Shown here one piece after another: positions 62,766 to 64,000 of a stretch of DNA of 64,000 nucleotides; position 1 is the stretch's first letter; every line of letters begins with the position of its first letter. The position numbers and the translations under genes were made by a program. The stretch comes from Scenedesmus sp. PABB004 (lineage: Eukaryota). The stretch covers positions 744,001 to 808,000 of the forward strand of contig JABVCE010000013.1 of NCBI GenBank assembly GCA_014905635.1, given 5' to 3'. The notes below the pieces were generated by a model, which was given only the letters and a program-made list of their open reading frames with translations, had not been told where the DNA came from and did not search any database.

Positions 62766-64000
62766 TCACTCGGACGCCATGGCGGCGTCGCCGCCGCCGG
62801 TGATCTTGCTCACCGCCGACCACGGGCCCTCCACCAGGGGCGGCATCCAGAACCACACCTCCGGCGCGCCGTCGAGGCTGCACGCGAGCGTGTTGCCCAT
62901 CGGGTTGAACTCCAGCTGCCACACGGGCGCGGGGTGCTCGCAGCCGCACACCACGCCCGCCGCGAGCGACCCGAGCTCGCCGTGCGCGGCGCCGAGGGCG
63001 TCACCGCCGGCCGGGGCGAGGCGGTAGATCACGGCGAGCGCGCCAAACGCGGCGGCGAGCAGCTCCGACGGCCGCCCGAGCGCGGGCGCCCAGTGCAGCG
63101 CGGCGCAGGGCGTGCCCGCCGCCGCGTGCGGCGGCGAAAACGCGCACACCTCCTGCGGCGCGGGCGCGGCGGGCGCGGCGCGCGGTGAGCGCGAGCGCGC
63201 GCGGGGGGGGGGGGAGGGCGGCAGCGGCAGCGGCAGCGGCGGGGTGGCGGGCCGCGCGCCGCCGCGCACCGCCCAGGCCATGCCGCGCTGCTGGTACGCC
63301 CACACGCTGCCGCCGCCGCGCTCGTGGCCCAGCGCCAGCAGCGGCGGCAGCCCCGCCGCGGCCTCGCGCCAGCAGAGGCAGCGGCAGCTGCCCGCGTCGG
63401 CCGGCACCTGCGGCGGGCGGCGGCGGCGGCGGCGCGGGGCCCGGGTCGGCGCGTGCTGCGAGCCCACGCCCGTGGGCCCAGCCCACCCCCAAGCCCCCAC
63501 CGCGCACCTTGATCCGCCCGAGCTGCGTCCACTCCAGCACGCCCACGGCGGCGGGCGGCGCCTCCCAGAGGACGACCGCGCTCATGCCGGCGAGCTGCGC
63601 TGCCGCTGCAGCGCCCGGCCGCGCGGCGGCGGCGGCGGCGAGGACGAGCCCGTGTTGCCGCGGCGCAAACGCCAGCGCGCTGCGGGCGGCACGCGGGCGG
63701 CATGCGGGCGGGCCGGGGTGAGCGCCCCTGCCCCGGGCAGCGCGACCGCTGCCGCCGCCGCCGCGCGCGCGCGCGCGCGCGCTGACCTGATCGGCCCGCC
63801 GCCGCAGTCAAGCGTGGCGGTCAGCCGCCAGGCGTCGTCGCCGGCGCTGGGGCCCTGCAGCACGAGCACCGTGCCCGCGTCGGTCCCGACCGCCAGGACC
63901 GCCCCGTGCTCGGGGTGCGCCCACGCGAGCTGCGTCGGCTGCGCCCGCCCCGGCAGCTCCTCGGCGTGCAGCAGGTCCCACTCCGGCTCCGTCGCGGCGC
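62766..64000 (-). CDS. SEH1: SEH1/SEC13-family WD40 protein (SEH1-like), 5'-partial
   Basis: LAWAHPEHGAVLAVG; ALAFAPRQHGLVLAA; LHWAPALGRPSELLA; HPAPVWQLEFNPMGNTLACS. These match SEH1 motifs (WAHPEFG, FAPxHxGL, WAPxxGR). Confidence 0.78.

Overview
Very GC-rich (about 75-80% by eye), gene-dense eukaryotic nuclear DNA, most consistent with a chlorophyte green alga (Sphaeropleales-like; inferred from short spliceosomal introns ending in ...GCGCAG, TGTAA poly(A) signals and plastid/mitochondrial transit-like N-termini). Most long ORFs in the supplied track are GC-driven artefacts or read through introns, so genes were rebuilt by hand from splice sites. About 24 genes, in order: a secreted repeat protein (5'-partial), TBC1D20-like Rab-GAP, a prominin/tweety-topology membrane protein, DUF493 protein, SAR1, a frameshifted and truncated opine-dehydrogenase-like gene, two Cys-rich secreted proteins, DUF1997 protein, three tandem F-box/LRR genes, a small 4-exon gene, MSH3 (with a pure CAG28 polyQ), a double-hotdog acyl-CoA thioesterase, GH2 beta-mannosidase, a multi-TM protein, an LRR-kinase of bacterial type, a PTGR3/ZADH2-like reductase, NDUFAF6, M17 leucyl aminopeptidase, a Tas-like aldo-keto reductase, a low-complexity ORF and a SEH1-like WD40 gene (5'-partial). 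The most unusual structures are (i) a DUF1997 intron built almost entirely from copies of exons of its two neighbouring genes, (ii) a ~300-bp non-coding block shared by two highly diverged F-box/LRR paralogs, and (iii) a very high frequency of GC-AG introns. No rRNA, tRNA, CRISPR array or recognisable transposase was seen.
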